Positions 17,089 through 28,031 are shown, numbered from the stretch's first letter. The stretch: DNA of 64,000 bases from an uncultured Bacteroidota bacterium (GCA_902510415.1 CABXBH010000001.1:9596-73595); one strand, 5' to 3'. Notes: a model not told the origin generated them from the letters alone. Numbers and translations: made by a program.

Positions 17089-19275
17089 TTATTTTTTATT
17101 AAAACCTTTTCTGTTATTGTTTCTGTTAAAAGTTTTCCTAGGCTTATCAACATAGCCTTCAGGCTTTGGAAGTAAAGCTTTTCTTGAAACTTTATCTTTT
17201 CTAGTCCTAGGATCAACTCCAAAGTACTTAACATCTAAAGTATCACCCATATTAACAACATCGGTAACTTTATCCGTTTTTTCCCATGCAAGTTCACTAA
17301 TATGAAGCAGAACTTCATTTCCTGGTGCTTCCATATACTCAACAACAGCTCCAAAGTCTAATAACTTAATCACTTTTACTTCGTATACACTACCCACTTC
17401 AGGTTTAAATAACATGGATTCAATTTTTGCTAATACCATATCAATTCCATCTTGATCCGTTCCTAGAATTTCTACAATTCCTTCCTCTGTATCAGGATCT
17501 TCGTTAATTACCAAGTTACAACCACTAGTTTTCTGTAATTCCTGAATATTTTTACCACCTGGACCGATTAATGTCCCGATGTAGTCACCAGGTATTCTTC
17601 TAGTAATCATTTTTGGTGCATGAGCTTTTACATCTCCATTTGGTACTTTAATAGTATCGGTTAGTTTATCTAAAATGTGTAATCTTCCGTCTTTTGCCTG
17701 ATTTAATGCTTCAATGAGAATCTCATAGGATAATCCTTTGATTTTAATATCCATTTGGCAAGCGGTAATACCGTCTGCTGTTCCTGTAACCTTAAAGTCC
17801 ATATCACCTAGATGATCTTCATCACCAAGAATATCACTTAATACTGCATGCTTTTTTCCATCAGAGATTAATCCCATTGCAATTCCTGAAACAGGTTTTT
17901 TAAGTTGAATCCCCGCGTCCATCAGCGCCATTGTTCCTGAACAAACTGTCGCCATTGATGATGATCCATTACTCTCAAGAACCTCACTTACAACTCTTAC
18001 AGTATAAGGACAATCTGAAGGCACCATTCTTTTTAATGCTCTTTGAGCAAGATTACCATGACCTATCTCACGTCTTGAAGTTCCTCTTAAAGGTCTAGCT
18101 TCACCTGTAGAGAAAGGAGGAAAGTTATAGTGTAAATAAAATCTTTCTTCACCTTCATATGTAGGTGAATCAATCTGATTTGCTTCCCTTGAAGTTCCAA
18201 GAGTAACGGTTGCTAATGCTTGTGTTTCTCCCCTTGTAAATAGGGACGAACCATGAGTAGATGGTAAATAGTCAACTTCACACCAAATAGGTCTAATATC
18301 AGTTGTTTTTCTTCCATCTAATCTAACTCCTTTTTCTAAGGTTAGATCTCTAATCGCTTCTTTTTCAGATTTGTAAAAATATTTTTTTATTAAATCTTCT
18401 TGTTCTTCTAATTCCTCTTCTGAAAAAGACTCCATTAATTCATCTTTAATTGCTCCAAAAGCTTCACCTCTTTCAACTTTTGAAAGACCTTTTTTAGCAA
18501 CATCGTAACATTTTTTATAGGTAAAGTCATTGACTTTTTTCATTAATTCTGCATCTTCCTCAGCTAAATCATATTCACGAGTTTCTTTTTTACCAAATGC
18601 TTTTGCTAGTTTTTCTTGAGCATCACATTGTTTTTTGATGAATTCATGTGCAAACTTGATTGCTTCAACCATTTCTTCTTCAGAACATTCTTCCATTTCA
18701 CCTTCAACCATCATTACAGAGTCTTTTGAAGCACCAACCATTATATCTATATCAGCTTCTTCTAATTGAGCTCTACTAGGATTGATAATAAATTCTCCAT
18801 TTATTCTTGCAGCTCTTGCCTCAGAAATAGCGCATTCGAAAGGGAAATCACTAAGTTGAATTGCTGCAGATGCAGCCAATCCAGCTAGTGCATCTGGCAT
18901 AACATCTTCATCATGAGACATTAACTGAATCATCACTTGAGTTTCATTGTGATAGTCTTTTGGAAATAGAGGTCTTAAAACTCTATCAACAAGTCTCATT
19001 GTTAAAATTTCATCACTGCTAGGTCTTGCTTCTCTTTTGAAGAACCCTCCTGGGTATTTACCTGCTGCTGCAAATTTTTCTCTGTAATCAACTGTTAATG
19101 GTAAAAAATCAACATTTGCACTTTTATAATTTGAGACAACTGTACATAACAACATACATTTTCCCATTTGAACTACTACAGATCCGTGAGCTTGTTTAGC
19201 TAATTTACCTGTTTCAATTGAAATGGATCTTCCGTCTCCTAAATCAATTACTTCTTTATACGTTTTAGGTATCAT
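17089..19275 (-). CDS. pnp: Polyribonucleotide nucleotidyltransferase (PNPase)
   Basis: 728 aa. Two RNase PH domains, then KH ([11 protein letters not shown]) and S1 ([19 protein letters not shown]) domains. Confidence 0.95.
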   Translation of the reverse strand: MIPKTYKEVIDLGDGRSISIETGKLAKQAHGSVVVQMGKCMLLCTVVSNYKSANVDFLPLTVDYREKFAAAGKYPGGFFKREARPSSDEILTMRLVDRVLRPLFPKDYHNETQVMIQLMSHDEDVMPDALAGLAASAAIQLSDFPFECAISEARAARINGEFIINPSRAQLEEADIDIMVGASKDSVMMVEGEMEECSEEEMVEAIKFAHEFIKKQCDAQEKLAKAFGKKETREYDLAEEDAELMKKVNDFTYKKCYDVAKKGLSKVERGEAFGAIKDELMESFSEEELEEQEDLIKKYFYKSEKEAIRDLTLEKGVRLDGRKTTDIRPIWCEVDYLPSTHGSSLFTRGETQALATVTLGTSREANQIDSPTYEGEERFYLHYNFPPFSTGEARPLRGTSRREIGHGNLAQRALKRMVPSDCPYTVRVVSEVLESNGSSSMATVCSGTMALMDAGIQLKKPVSGIAMGLISDGKKHAVLSDILGDEDHLGDMDFKVTGTADGITACQMDIKIKGLSYEILIEALNQAKDGRLHILDKLTDTIKVPNGDVKAHAPKMITRRIPGDYIGTLIGPGGKNIQELQKTSGCNLVINEDPDTEEGIVEILGTDQDGIDMVLAKIESMLFKPEVGSVYEVKVIKLLDFGAVVEYMEAPGNEVLLHISELAWEKTDKVTDVVNMGDTLDVKYFGVDPRTRKDKVSRKALLPKPEGYVDKPRKTFNRNNNRKGFNKK

Positions 19276-19356
19276 AATTATTTTTTGGTTTAATAAATTG
19301 TGTGTTGAAGTAGTTTTTAACCAATGAATAACTATAAAACAAAATGTAGAAAAGAG

Positions 19357-19626
19357 TTATTTTCTTAATCCTAACTCCTTAACAATAGCACGATATCTTA
19401 AGATATCTTTCTTTGTTAGATAATCTAATAGTGATCTTCTTTTTCCTACAAGCTTTACTAGGGCTCTTTCCGTGTTATAATCTTTCTTATTTCTTTTAAG
19501 ATGCTCTGTCAAATGATTTATTCTATGGGTAAAAAGGGCAATTTGACCTTCAGCACTTCCCGTATCTTTAGCATCTTTACCGTGCTTTTTGAATAAATCT
19601 TCTTTAGTTTTTTTTGTTAAATACAT
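19357..19626 (-). CDS. rpsO: 30S ribosomal protein S15
   Basis: 89 aa. GSAEGQIALFTHRINHLTEHLKRNKKD and RRSLLDYL blocks. Classic rpsO-pnp synteny. Confidence 0.95.
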   Translation of the reverse strand: MYLTKKTKEDLFKKHGKDAKDTGSAEGQIALFTHRINHLTEHLKRNKKDYNTERALVKLVGKRRSLLDYLTKKDILRYRAIVKELGLRK

Positions 19627-19672
19627 TCCAATATTATTTAAATGATTATTATGTATGCTGTTATCAGCGGCG

Positions 19673-19680
19673 CAAATATA
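19673..19680 (-). promoter_or_regulatory. Candidate -7 element TATATTTG upstream of rpsO
   Basis: Exact TAnnTTTG on the minus strand, 46 nt upstream of the rpsO ATG. Confidence 0.35.
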
Positions 19681-19714
19681 GTAAAAATTAAGAAATACAG
19701 AGAAAAAAGTAAGT

Positions 19715-20569
19715 TTATTCTCTAACAGGATTGTTTAATATTAAATCAAGATAAAGATTTATCTTCTTTTTTAAATCCCTTCTGTGAGTTATAAAATCAA
19801 GAAAGCCATGGTCTAATACAAACTCAGCAGTTTGAAAACCTTTTGGTAAATCCTTTCCTGTTGTGTCTTTTACCACCCTTGGGCCTGCAAAACCAATTAG
19901 TGCACCTGGTTCACTGATATTTACATCACCAAGCATTGCAAATGAAGCTGTTGTGCCACCAGTGGTTGGATCTGTACAAAGAGAAATATATGGAACTTTT
20001 GCTTCAGCTAATTGAGCTAATTTAGAAGATGTTTTTGCTAATTGCATTAATGAAATTGCAGCTTCCATCATTCTAGCTCCTCCAGATTTCGAAATTATAA
20101 CAAGCGGTATTTTCTTTTTTAGTGAATAATCTATGGCCCTAGCAATTTTTTCACCCACAACACTACCCATAGAACCCCCAATGAAGCTAAAATCCATACA
20201 CGCAATAACTATGTCATTTCCCATAGACTTTCCCACTGCAGTTCTAATAGCATCATTTAAATTTGTTTTTTCTTTAGCTGCTTTTAATCTATCAGTATAT
20301 TTTTTATTGTCTTCAAACTTTAGAGGGTCTTTAGAGGTAAGACTTGCATTAAGTTCTTTAAATTTATTGTCAAATACTATTGAAAAGTATTCTCTACTTC
20401 CAATTCTTACGTGATAATCATCTTCTGGGCTGACATAAAAATTATCTTGAAGTTCTTCAGTGTCTACAATTTTTCCTGTAGGTGACTTATACCATAAACC
20501 TTTTGGTATATCCTTTTTCTTCTCTGTTGGTGTCTGAATTCCTTTGTTCTGTCTTTTAAACCAAGCCAT
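19715..20569 (-). CDS. accD: Acetyl-CoA carboxylase carboxyltransferase beta subunit
   Basis: 284 aa. [15 protein letters not shown] and SGGARMQE-like (SGGARMMEA) blocks. The N-terminal zinc-ribbon region is present but lacks all four Cys. Confidence 0.92.
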   Translation of the reverse strand: MAWFKRQNKGIQTPTEKKKDIPKGLWYKSPTGKIVDTEELQDNFYVSPEDDYHVRIGSREYFSIVFDNKFKELNASLTSKDPLKFEDNKKYTDRLKAAKEKTNLNDAIRTAVGKSMGNDIVIACMDFSFIGGSMGSVVGEKIARAIDYSLKKKIPLVIISKSGGARMMEAAISLMQLAKTSSKLAQLAEAKVPYISLCTDPTTGGTTASFAMLGDVNISEPGALIGFAGPRVVKDTTGKDLPKGFQTAEFVLDHGFLDFITHRRDLKKKINLYLDLILNNPVRE

Positions 20570-20603
20570 AAACTATTAATTAGTATTCAACAAATCTAAA
20601 AAT

Positions 20604-21671
20604 TTATAATGTATTGACATTATTTAAATCCTCAAAAGCTTTAATAAGTCTATTTACAAATGTTTTTTCACCTTCACGAATCCATTTTCTTGGGTCATAA
20701 TATTTCTTGTTTGGAATATCATCACCATCAGGATTTCCTATTTGGGATTTTAAAAAATCTGTTTTTTCGTTAAAATAATCTCTAATGCCTGTCATAAATG
20801 CGTATTGCATATCTGTATCAATATTCATCTTTATAACTCCATATCCAATAGCTTCTCTGATCTCCTCTAATGAAGATCCAGAACCCCCATGGAATACAAA
20901 GTCAATTGTATTGTGAGGCAGACTAAATTTATCAGAAACGAATTCTTGTGAATTTTTTAAAATTTTAGGAGTCAGTTTTACATTTCCAGGCTTGTAAACA
21001 CCATGTACATTGCCAAATGCTGCAGCTACTGTAAATTTATCACTTACTTGAATTAATTGTTCGTAAGCGTATGCTACTTCTTCTGGTTGAGTGTAAAGTT
21101 TTGATTCATCAACCCCACTGTTATCAACTCCATCTTCTTCACCTCCTGTAATACCTAATTCGATTTCTAATGTCATTCCAATTTTTGACATTCTGGCTAA
21201 ATATTGCTTACAAATCTCAATATTTTCTTCTATTGGTTCTTCTGATAAATCAATCATGTGGGAGCTGAATAGAGAATGCCCATTCTCTATAAAACATTTT
21301 TCATTTGCATCCATTAACCCATCAATCCATGGAAGAAGCTTTTTTGCACAGTGATCAGTGTGTAGAATCACAGGAACCCCGTAAGCTTTAGCCATTGTAT
21401 GTACATGATGAGCTCCAGCAATTGAGCCATTAATTGCTGAGAGTTGATTCTCATTACTTAGCCCTTTTCCAGCATTAAATCCTGCACCTCCATTAGAAAA
21501 TTGAATAATTACAGGTGCATTTAATTTTTTAGCTGTTTCTAAAACTCCGTTTATGCTGCTAGACCCTATTACATTTACAGCCGGTAGAGCAAATTTTTTT
21601 TCTTTTGCAAGTTTAAAAATTTCTTGAACTTGATCACCTGTAGCTACACCAGGTTTAATATTGTGATTCAT
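20604..21671 (-). CDS. fbaA: Class II fructose-bisphosphate aldolase
   Basis: 355 aa. PVILHTDHC, LEIELGITGGEEDG, FGNVHGVY and FVFHGGSGS blocks. Confidence 0.94.
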   Translation of the reverse strand: MNHNIKPGVATGDQVQEIFKLAKEKKFALPAVNVIGSSSINGVLETAKKLNAPVIIQFSNGGAGFNAGKGLSNENQLSAINGSIAGAHHVHTMAKAYGVPVILHTDHCAKKLLPWIDGLMDANEKCFIENGHSLFSSHMIDLSEEPIEENIEICKQYLARMSKIGMTLEIELGITGGEEDGVDNSGVDESKLYTQPEEVAYAYEQLIQVSDKFTVAAAFGNVHGVYKPGNVKLTPKILKNSQEFVSDKFSLPHNTIDFVFHGGSGSSLEEIREAIGYGVIKMNIDTDMQYAFMTGIRDYFNEKTDFLKSQIGNPDGDDIPNKKYYDPRKWIREGEKTFVNRLIKAFEDLNNVNTL

Positions 21672-21742
21672 AAAAAATAGTTATGTTTTGCGGTTAGTTT
21701 ACGTTAATTTTAGCACTAGTAAAGTTATGAATAACAAATAAA

Positions 21743-22468
21743 ATGATTACCAAATATCAAATAAAATTAATCAGGTCTTTAAGATTAAAAAAAAACAGAA
21801 CAGAAACTGGTTTTTTTGTAGCTGAAGGAGAAAAAATAATTGATGAGTTGATTGATTCAGAAATTGAAATTGTTGAAATTTTTTCGATTTCTGAAAAATA
21901 TAAATCTTGTAATAATTTCACTCTAATTAAAAATGCGCAATTAAAACAGATAAGTAATTTAAAGTCAGCTAACACGGTAGTTGGTATTTTTAAAATTCCT
22001 AAACCAAAAAATATTGATTATAATTCTAATATCATTGCATTGGAAGAAATAAATGACCCAGGAAATTTGGGAACTATTATTAGATTATGTGATTGGTTTG
22101 GTATTAAAAATATTATTTGTTCAAATAACAGTGTTGATTGCTACAACAATAAAGTTGTTCAGGCTTCAATGGGTTCAATTTGTAGAGTAAATATTTCATA
22201 TATGGACTTTGAAAATTTATTAATGAATAAAAAACACAATACTATTGCCGCTGACTTAAGTGGAGAAAATATTAAGGACTTTCCCTTTTTGTCAAATCAA
22301 ATAATATTTTTTGGTAACGAATCAAATGGATTCAGTGAAAAATTATTATCAAAAATTCAAAAAAAAGTTACTATTCCAAGATATAATGATAATATTGATA
22401 GTTTGAATCTTGCAAATTCAGTGGCAATTGTTCTTTCAGAATTAAAGAATCAGGTTATTGAAAGGTAA
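21743..22468 (+). CDS. TrmH/SpoU family RNA 2'-O-methyltransferase
   Basis: INDPGNLGTIIR, IFFGNESNG and SLNLANSVAIVL are the three SpoU motifs. 241 aa. Confidence 0.85.
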   Translation: MITKYQIKLIRSLRLKKNRTETGFFVAEGEKIIDELIDSEIEIVEIFSISEKYKSCNNFTLIKNAQLKQISNLKSANTVVGIFKIPKPKNIDYNSNIIALEEINDPGNLGTIIRLCDWFGIKNIICSNNSVDCYNNKVVQASMGSICRVNISYMDFENLLMNKKHNTIAADLSGENIKDFPFLSNQIIFFGNESNGFSEKLLSKIQKKVTIPRYNDNIDSLNLANSVAIVLSELKNQVIER

Positions 22469-23168
22469 AATTGATTAGAATTCCACTCGTTTTCATAAAA
22501 TCAATATTACTGGTCCAAGGACTAAGTGGGTCGTTGTCAGGAACATGCTCATCGCTTATTGCAAAAACTCCTCTAATACTAGGACTAAATTTAAACCACT
22601 CAAGGTATAAGTCAACTCCAAACCCTAATTCATAAAAAAACACATTTCTTTTAGTTCTAAATTGCCCTAAGCTGTTGTCATCTACGCTATTTTCTTTACT
22701 TGATAGATTTAAAGCTGTAGAAATACCTCCTAAGATGTAGGGTTTAAAATTATTAACCCTTTTAGTTGATATTTTTAAGAGTAGTGGTAAATGTATGTAA
22801 GTTGACTTAATCTCTCTTTTATGAATATTTTCATTGAAATCTTCCTCATTAAATTGAATAGGGTTATAAATTAAATTTCTATTTGACATAACCAGCCCTG
22901 GTTCAAAACGAAGGTCGAAATAATCTGAAATTCTGAAATTTCCTATTAATCCCACGTTAAATCCAACGGATTTTTCTGTTTGAATGTCAGTAAAATCAGA
23001 GATATAATCAAAATTATAATCGTAATTATTCATCCCTAAGAAATATCCCCAAGACAAAGAAGGTTTGTCAAAATTTTCATTATTAATTACCTTCTTTTTA
23101 GTAAATAATTGTCCATAGCTGTTAATGGAGAAAATAAAAATAAAAAATATCAAAATTATATCTCTCAT
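22455..23168 (-). CDS. Outer-membrane beta-barrel protein, PorT/SprT-like (OMP_b-brl_2 type)
   Basis: Signal peptide MRDIILIFFIFIFSINSYGQ (start moved to the ATG at 23168; the ORF-track start at 23192 is TTG). Alternating-hydrophobic strands and a terminal aromatic (INFTFQ). Size and pattern fit PorT-family T9SS-associated barrels, but the assignment is by pattern only. Confidence 0.5.
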   Translation of the reverse strand: MRDIILIFFIFIFSINSYGQLFTKKKVINNENFDKPSLSWGYFLGMNNYDYNFDYISDFTDIQTEKSVGFNVGLIGNFRISDYFDLRFEPGLVMSNRNLIYNPIQFNEEDFNENIHKREIKSTYIHLPLLLKISTKRVNNFKPYILGGISTALNLSSKENSVDDNSLGQFRTKRNVFFYELGFGVDLYLEWFKFSPSIRGVFAISDEHVPDNDPLSPWTSNIDFMKTSGILINFTFQ

Positions 23169-23278
23169 GATTTTGCAAATATCGAAATTCAATTTGTATA
23201 ATGAAATAACCTTATTAATTTGGCTTTATTGTGTGTGTTTAATATATGGTTAAAAGTAGCCAATTAGGTAAAATAATT

Positions 23279-23286
23279 TATATTTG
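23279..23286 (+). promoter_or_regulatory. Candidate -7 element TATATTTG upstream of trkA
   Basis: Exact TAnnTTTG, 20 nt upstream of the ATG at 23307. Confidence 0.35.
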
Positions 23287-23306
23287 TTCTTAATATTTAT
23301 TATAAC

Positions 23307-24644
23307 ATGAAAATAATAATTGCGGGGTCTGGTGAAGTTGGGTCTCATTTAGCAAAATTATTATCATATGAATCACAGGAGATTACACTCATTGATTCCA
23401 ATGATGAAAAACTAACTTTTCCTAACAGTCAATTAGATATTAGAGTTGTGCAAGGTGATTGTACATCTATTTCAATATTAAATAAAGCTAATATTTCTGA
23501 AGCAGACTTATTCGTAGGGGTTACCGCTGGAGAATCTACAAATTTAACTGCATGCTTTCTGGCAAAACAATTAGGCGCAAAAAAAACTATTGCTAGAATA
23601 TCTAATCCAGAGCTTTTAGAAAATGAAAATATAGATTTTTCAAATTTAGGTATTAGTGAGTTGGTTTCACCTGAGCTTCTTACATCTAAGGAGATTAATA
23701 TGGTTATCAATAGGGCAGAGTTTACAGATCCTTTTGAGTTTGATGATGGAGCCTTAATCACTCTTGGATTAAGTGCAACACATACGTCAACATTTGTGGG
23801 TAAAACTGTAGTTGAAGCAGCAGAAATTTTTCCGGAAACACATTTTTTTCCAATTTCGATTAAAAGGGATGATAAAACAATAATTCCAAGAGGTGATACT
23901 GTCTTTCACTCAGGAGATCATATAGTTTTTATGACTGAGCCTGGCGGTGAAGAAGAGTTGTTAAAACTTTCCGGTCAAAATAATGGAGAGATAAAAAATG
24001 TAATGATATTGGGTGGAGGCAGAGTAGGTAAGAAGGTAGCAGAAGATTTATCGTCTGATAGTATAAGTGTTAAATTAGTCGAAATAAATAAAGAGAGGGC
24101 AGAAGAATTAGCAGAAGAATTAGCAGAATGTTTAGTTATTTACGGTGATGGAACCAACTCAGAACTTCTTGACGAGGAACATCTTGATCAAATGGATGCA
24201 TTTATTGCGGTAACAGGAGATTCTGAAACAAATATTATGTCAAGCTTGATTGCTAAAGCAAAAGGAATTAATAAAACAATTGCCTTAGTTGATAATTTAG
24301 ACTATTATAAATTAACTCAGATAAGCGGAATTGATACATTAATAAATAAAAAATTACTAGCTGCAGATGCTATTTCAAAACATGTTCATAAAGCTGAAGT
24401 GGTAGCAATATCGCAATTAGATAATATGGATGCTGAATTACTTGAATTTGTAGTTAAAGAGAATTCTAAAGTTTGTAATAAAACGATTAAAGATTTAGAT
24501 TTTCCAAGATGTGCTATTATTGCAGGAGTTATAAGAGATGGTAAAGGATATATTGTCTTAGGTGATTTCAAAGTTTTAAGTGATGACCGAATAGTAGTTT
24601 GTTGTTTAAATGATTCAATTCAAAAGGTTGAAAAACTTTTCTAA
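23307..24644 (+). CDS. trkA: Trk system potassium uptake protein TrkA (tandem RCK/NAD-binding domains)
   Basis: Two KTN repeats (IIIAGSGEVGSHLA; VMILGGGRVGKKVA), each followed by a TrkA_C domain. 445 aa. Confidence 0.92.
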   Translation: MKIIIAGSGEVGSHLAKLLSYESQEITLIDSNDEKLTFPNSQLDIRVVQGDCTSISILNKANISEADLFVGVTAGESTNLTACFLAKQLGAKKTIARISNPELLENENIDFSNLGISELVSPELLTSKEINMVINRAEFTDPFEFDDGALITLGLSATHTSTFVGKTVVEAAEIFPETHFFPISIKRDDKTIIPRGDTVFHSGDHIVFMTEPGGEEELLKLSGQNNGEIKNVMILGGGRVGKKVAEDLSSDSISVKLVEINKERAEELAEELAECLVIYGDGTNSELLDEEHLDQMDAFIAVTGDSETNIMSSLIAKAKGINKTIALVDNLDYYKLTQISGIDTLINKKLLAADAISKHVHKAEVVAISQLDNMDAELLEFVVKENSKVCNKTIKDLDFPRCAIIAGVIRDGKGYIVLGDFKVLSDDRIVVCCLNDSIQKVEKLF

Positions 24645-26129
24645 ATGAAAATTAATACTAAAATAATTATCTATTTTATGGGATTTCTGTTGTTAATCAA
24701 TGGAGGTTTTATGTTTTTAAGCGCCTTACTAAGTTTTTTATATAATGATGGTATTTATGGAAGTTTAGTGACCTCTGGCGCAATAGTTTCATTTGTTGGT
24801 TTGTTAATGCTTTTCCTAAATAAAAATCATGATAAACAAATAAATAAAAGAGAAGGTTATTTGGTTGTTGTACTTGGCTGGATAGCTATGATACTTTCTG
24901 GAACTATACCATATATTCTAACTGATACAATTGATGGTTTTTCGAATATACTATTTGAAACAACATCTGGATTTACTGCTACTGGGGCAACAATAATTAA
25001 TGATGTTGAAATATTACCTGAGGGTATCTTATTTTGGAGGAGTATTACTCACTGGTTAGGAGGTATGGGTATGATTGTTTTTGCAATTGCGATTCTACCT
25101 CTATTGGGAATAGGAGGAATGCAGTTATTTAATGCAGAATCACCTGGGCCAAGTACAGATAAATTACATCCTAGAATTACTGATACAGCAAAAAGACTTT
25201 GGCTAATTTATGTTTCCTACACATTTATTGAAACAATATTTTTACAGTTGGCAGGTATGTCTTTTTTTGATGCTATCAATCATTCAATGAGTAATATAGC
25301 ATCGGGTGGGTTTTCAACCAAGAATGCTAGTCTAGGTCATTGGAATTCTAATCCATTAATCCAATATATTGTAATATTTTTTATGTTTTTAGCAGGGACA
25401 AATTTTGTTCTCAGTTATTTTGGATTTAAGTTTAATTTTAAGAAGATATTTAATGATGAAGAGTTTAAAACATATAGTCTATCTATTTTAGGTTTTACTT
25501 TTTTTATAGCTGTTATTGTATATTTTAATTCTGATTTTCTATTGATGTATGAAAATCATTTTGAAAGAATAGAAGGTGTATTTAGACATTCCTTATTTCA
25601 GGTGGTCTCTATTATTACTACCACTGGTTTTGTTACTGCTGATTATACCTCATGGGGTCCATTGCTTTTACTAATATTTTTTGGTATGATGTTCTTAGGA
25701 GGATCTGCTGGAAGTACTTCTGGTGGTTTTAAAATAATGCGTCATCTTTTGATAATAAGAAACGGTATTTTACAATTTAAGAAAATTTTACACCCTCATG
25801 CTATAATACCACTTAGATATAATAAATCCTCTGTTTCGACTGAAATTACACACAATATATTAGGTTTTTTCATTGTATATATGCTTTCTTTTATGATTGG
25901 TACTATTGTATTTGCTCTGTTAGGACTGGATTTTGAATCTGCACTAGGTGTATCTGCATCTAGTCTTGGTAATGTTGGTCCGTCGATTGGATTATATGGG
26001 CCAATGAACACATTTTTTGAATTGCCATTACTAGCCAAATGGTGGGCATCTTTTCTAATGTTGCTAGGAAGACTTGAATTATTCACTGTTCTTATTGTAT
26101 TTACTCCTTACTTTTGGAGTAAAAGGTAA
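24645..26129 (+). CDS. trkH: TrkH family potassium transporter
   Basis: 494 aa polytopic protein. Repeated selectivity-filter-like GFTATG / SGGFST / TTTGF / GNVGPS loops. ATG abuts the trkA stop. Confidence 0.92.
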   Translation: MKINTKIIIYFMGFLLLINGGFMFLSALLSFLYNDGIYGSLVTSGAIVSFVGLLMLFLNKNHDKQINKREGYLVVVLGWIAMILSGTIPYILTDTIDGFSNILFETTSGFTATGATIINDVEILPEGILFWRSITHWLGGMGMIVFAIAILPLLGIGGMQLFNAESPGPSTDKLHPRITDTAKRLWLIYVSYTFIETIFLQLAGMSFFDAINHSMSNIASGGFSTKNASLGHWNSNPLIQYIVIFFMFLAGTNFVLSYFGFKFNFKKIFNDEEFKTYSLSILGFTFFIAVIVYFNSDFLLMYENHFERIEGVFRHSLFQVVSIITTTGFVTADYTSWGPLLLLIFFGMMFLGGSAGSTSGGFKIMRHLLIIRNGILQFKKILHPHAIIPLRYNKSSVSTEITHNILGFFIVYMLSFMIGTIVFALLGLDFESALGVSASSLGNVGPSIGLYGPMNTFFELPLLAKWWASFLMLLGRLELFTVLIVFTPYFWSKR

Positions 26130-26132
26130 AAT

Positions 26133-27323
26133 TTATTTTTCTAGAGCAGCCTTAATTCTATCAACAGCTTTTATTATTTGTTCCTTTGAGGCAGCGTAAG
26201 ATATTCTAATGCAGTTTGGATTTCCAAAAGCATCTCCAGTAACAGTTGCTACTAATGCCTTTTCCAATAAAAACATTGACATGTCAGATGCATTTTTGAT
26301 TTCAAATCCATTGATGTTTTTTCCAAAATAAAAAGAAATATCTGGAAAAACATAGAAAGCTCCATCAGGAACATTACAATTAAACCCAATTATATTACCT
26401 AATAATTCAAGAATTAAATTCCTTCTAGATTCAAATTCATCAACCATGTATTTGATTTTTTCTGGATTCTCGTTTAAAGCAGTTATCACTGCTCGTTGAG
26501 CAATACAATTAGCTCCACTTGTTACCTGACCTTGTACTTTATTGCACGCTCTAGCTATCCATTCAGGCGCTCCAATATACCCAATTCTCCAACCTGTCAT
26601 TGCAAAGGCTTTTGAAACCCCATTAACTGTTATGGTCCTTTCTTTTATTTTATTAAATGCTCCAATACTAATATGGCCACCTTTGTAATTGATGTGCTCA
26701 TAAATTTCGTCTGAAACAACAAATATGTTTTTGAAAGATTCCAGAACAGTTGATATTTCTTCTAATTCATTAGAAGAGTAAACAGAACCACTTGGGTTGC
26801 AAGGTGAACTAAACCAAACCATTTTCGTGTTATTAGTTATGGCAGATTTAAGTTGTTCACCTGTCATTTTAAAATCATTTTCAATATTGGTTTTAATTTC
26901 AACTGGAATACCACCTTTTAATTTAATTATATCAGCATAGCTAACCCAGTATGGACATGGTAAAATAACTTCATCTCCAGGATTTATTAAAACAGATGCA
27001 ATATTATATAATGCTTGCTTAGCTCCTGTTGAAACAACTATTTGAGAAGGTGAAAATATTAAATTATTATCTCTTTTAAACTTATTTATTATTGCATTTT
27101 TAAGATCAGTATATCCATCAACAGGGGTGTAAGAATTGAAATTTTGATCGATAGCATCTTTTGCTGCTTTCTTAATAAAGTCCGGTATATTAAAATCTGG
27201 CTCACCTAAACTTAGACCAATAACATCTTTACCTTCAGATCTTAATTCTCTAGCTTTGGCAGCCATTGCTAAGGTTTGCGATGTTGCTAAATTTTTAACT
27301 CTTTCTGATAAAAATTTTTCCAT
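26133..27323 (-). CDS. Pyridoxal-phosphate-dependent aminotransferase, class I (aspartate aminotransferase type)
   Basis: LSLGEPDFNIP, PCNPSGSVY and VNGVSKAFAMTGWRIGY (Lys of the internal aldimine). 396 aa. Confidence 0.88.
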   Translation of the reverse strand: MEKFLSERVKNLATSQTLAMAAKARELRSEGKDVIGLSLGEPDFNIPDFIKKAAKDAIDQNFNSYTPVDGYTDLKNAIINKFKRDNNLIFSPSQIVVSTGAKQALYNIASVLINPGDEVILPCPYWVSYADIIKLKGGIPVEIKTNIENDFKMTGEQLKSAITNNTKMVWFSSPCNPSGSVYSSNELEEISTVLESFKNIFVVSDEIYEHINYKGGHISIGAFNKIKERTITVNGVSKAFAMTGWRIGYIGAPEWIARACNKVQGQVTSGANCIAQRAVITALNENPEKIKYMVDEFESRRNLILELLGNIIGFNCNVPDGAFYVFPDISFYFGKNINGFEIKNASDMSMFLLEKALVATVTGDAFGNPNCIRISYAASKEQIIKAVDRIKAALEK

Positions 27324-27339
27324 GATACTAAATTGAACT

Positions 27340-27347
27340 CAAAAGTA
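27340..27347 (-). promoter_or_regulatory. Candidate -7 element TACTTTTG for the 26133-27323 aminotransferase
   Basis: TAnnTTTG on the minus strand, 16 nt upstream of the ATG at 27323. Confidence 0.3.
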
Positions 27348-27388
27348 ATACATAGGCTTAATTATTAAAATTATTGTTTACAATATCA

Positions 27389-27396
27389 TACTTTTG
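27389..27396 (+). promoter_or_regulatory. Candidate -7 element TACTTTTG for rsmG
   Basis: TAnnTTTG, 17 nt upstream of the ATG at 27414. Mirror image of the element at 27340-27347 in the same divergent spacer. Confidence 0.3.
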
Positions 27397-27413
27397 TTTA
27401 ATAACTTTTTGTA

Positions 27414-28031
27414 ATGAAAATAATACTAGATAAGTTTCCAGATTTAAGTGAAAAGCAAATCAGTCAGTTTTCAAAATTAAAAGATCTATATACCTATTGG
27501 AATGATAAAATTAATGTCATCTCTAGAAAAGATATTGAAAATATATATTTGAGACATATCCTTCATTCTTTAGCAATAGCAAAATTTATCACTTTTAAAA
27601 ATGGCACAACAGTTTTAGATTTGGGAACTGGCGGTGGTTTTCCTGGAATACCTTTATCAATTATTTTCCCTAATACTAATTTTATTCTTTCGGATAGTAT
27701 TAAAAAGAAAATTCTGGTTGTAAACGAAGTTGCCAAGCAATTAGGTTTGGAAAATGTTAAATCAGAATGGTCAAGAGCTGAAAATCTTAATCACAAATAT
27801 GATTTTTTAGTTACAAGGGCAGTTGCAAAGATGCCTAAAATAATTGAGTGGTCTAAAGGAAATTTTAATCCTATTTCTATAAACGAAATATCAAATGGAA
27901 TAATAGCTTTGAAAGGGGGAGATGTTACGAAAGAATTATTAGGGATTGAAAAAAAAAAAATAGTGGATATCAAAAATTTTTTTGATAACCACTATTTTAT
28001 TGATAAGAAGATTGTATATGTATCTTCTTAA
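27414..28031 (+). CDS. rsmG: 16S rRNA (guanine527-N7)-methyltransferase
   Basis: VLDLGTGGGFPGIPL SAM motif and VTRAVA block. 205 aa. Confidence 0.9.
   Translation: MKIILDKFPDLSEKQISQFSKLKDLYTYWNDKINVISRKDIENIYLRHILHSLAIAKFITFKNGTTVLDLGTGGGFPGIPLSIIFPNTNFILSDSIKKKILVVNEVAKQLGLENVKSEWSRAENLNHKYDFLVTRAVAKMPKIIEWSKGNFNPISINEISNGIIALKGGDVTKELLGIEKKKIVDIKNFFDNHYFIDKKIVYVSS

Noticed and set aside
19657-19668. Small hairpin GCTG-TTAT-CAGC in the rpsO leader, considered as an accD terminator or S15 autoregulatory structure
   Set aside because: It has only a 4-bp stem and no U-tract. That is too weak to call a terminator or a regulatory pseudoknot from sequence alone.
24099-24130. 12-bp tandem repeat GCAGAAGAATTA x2.6 inside trkA (encodes AEELAEELAE)
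   Set aside because: A short in-frame duplication in the linker between the two RCK halves. It has no regulatory context and is likely neutral low-complexity sequence.
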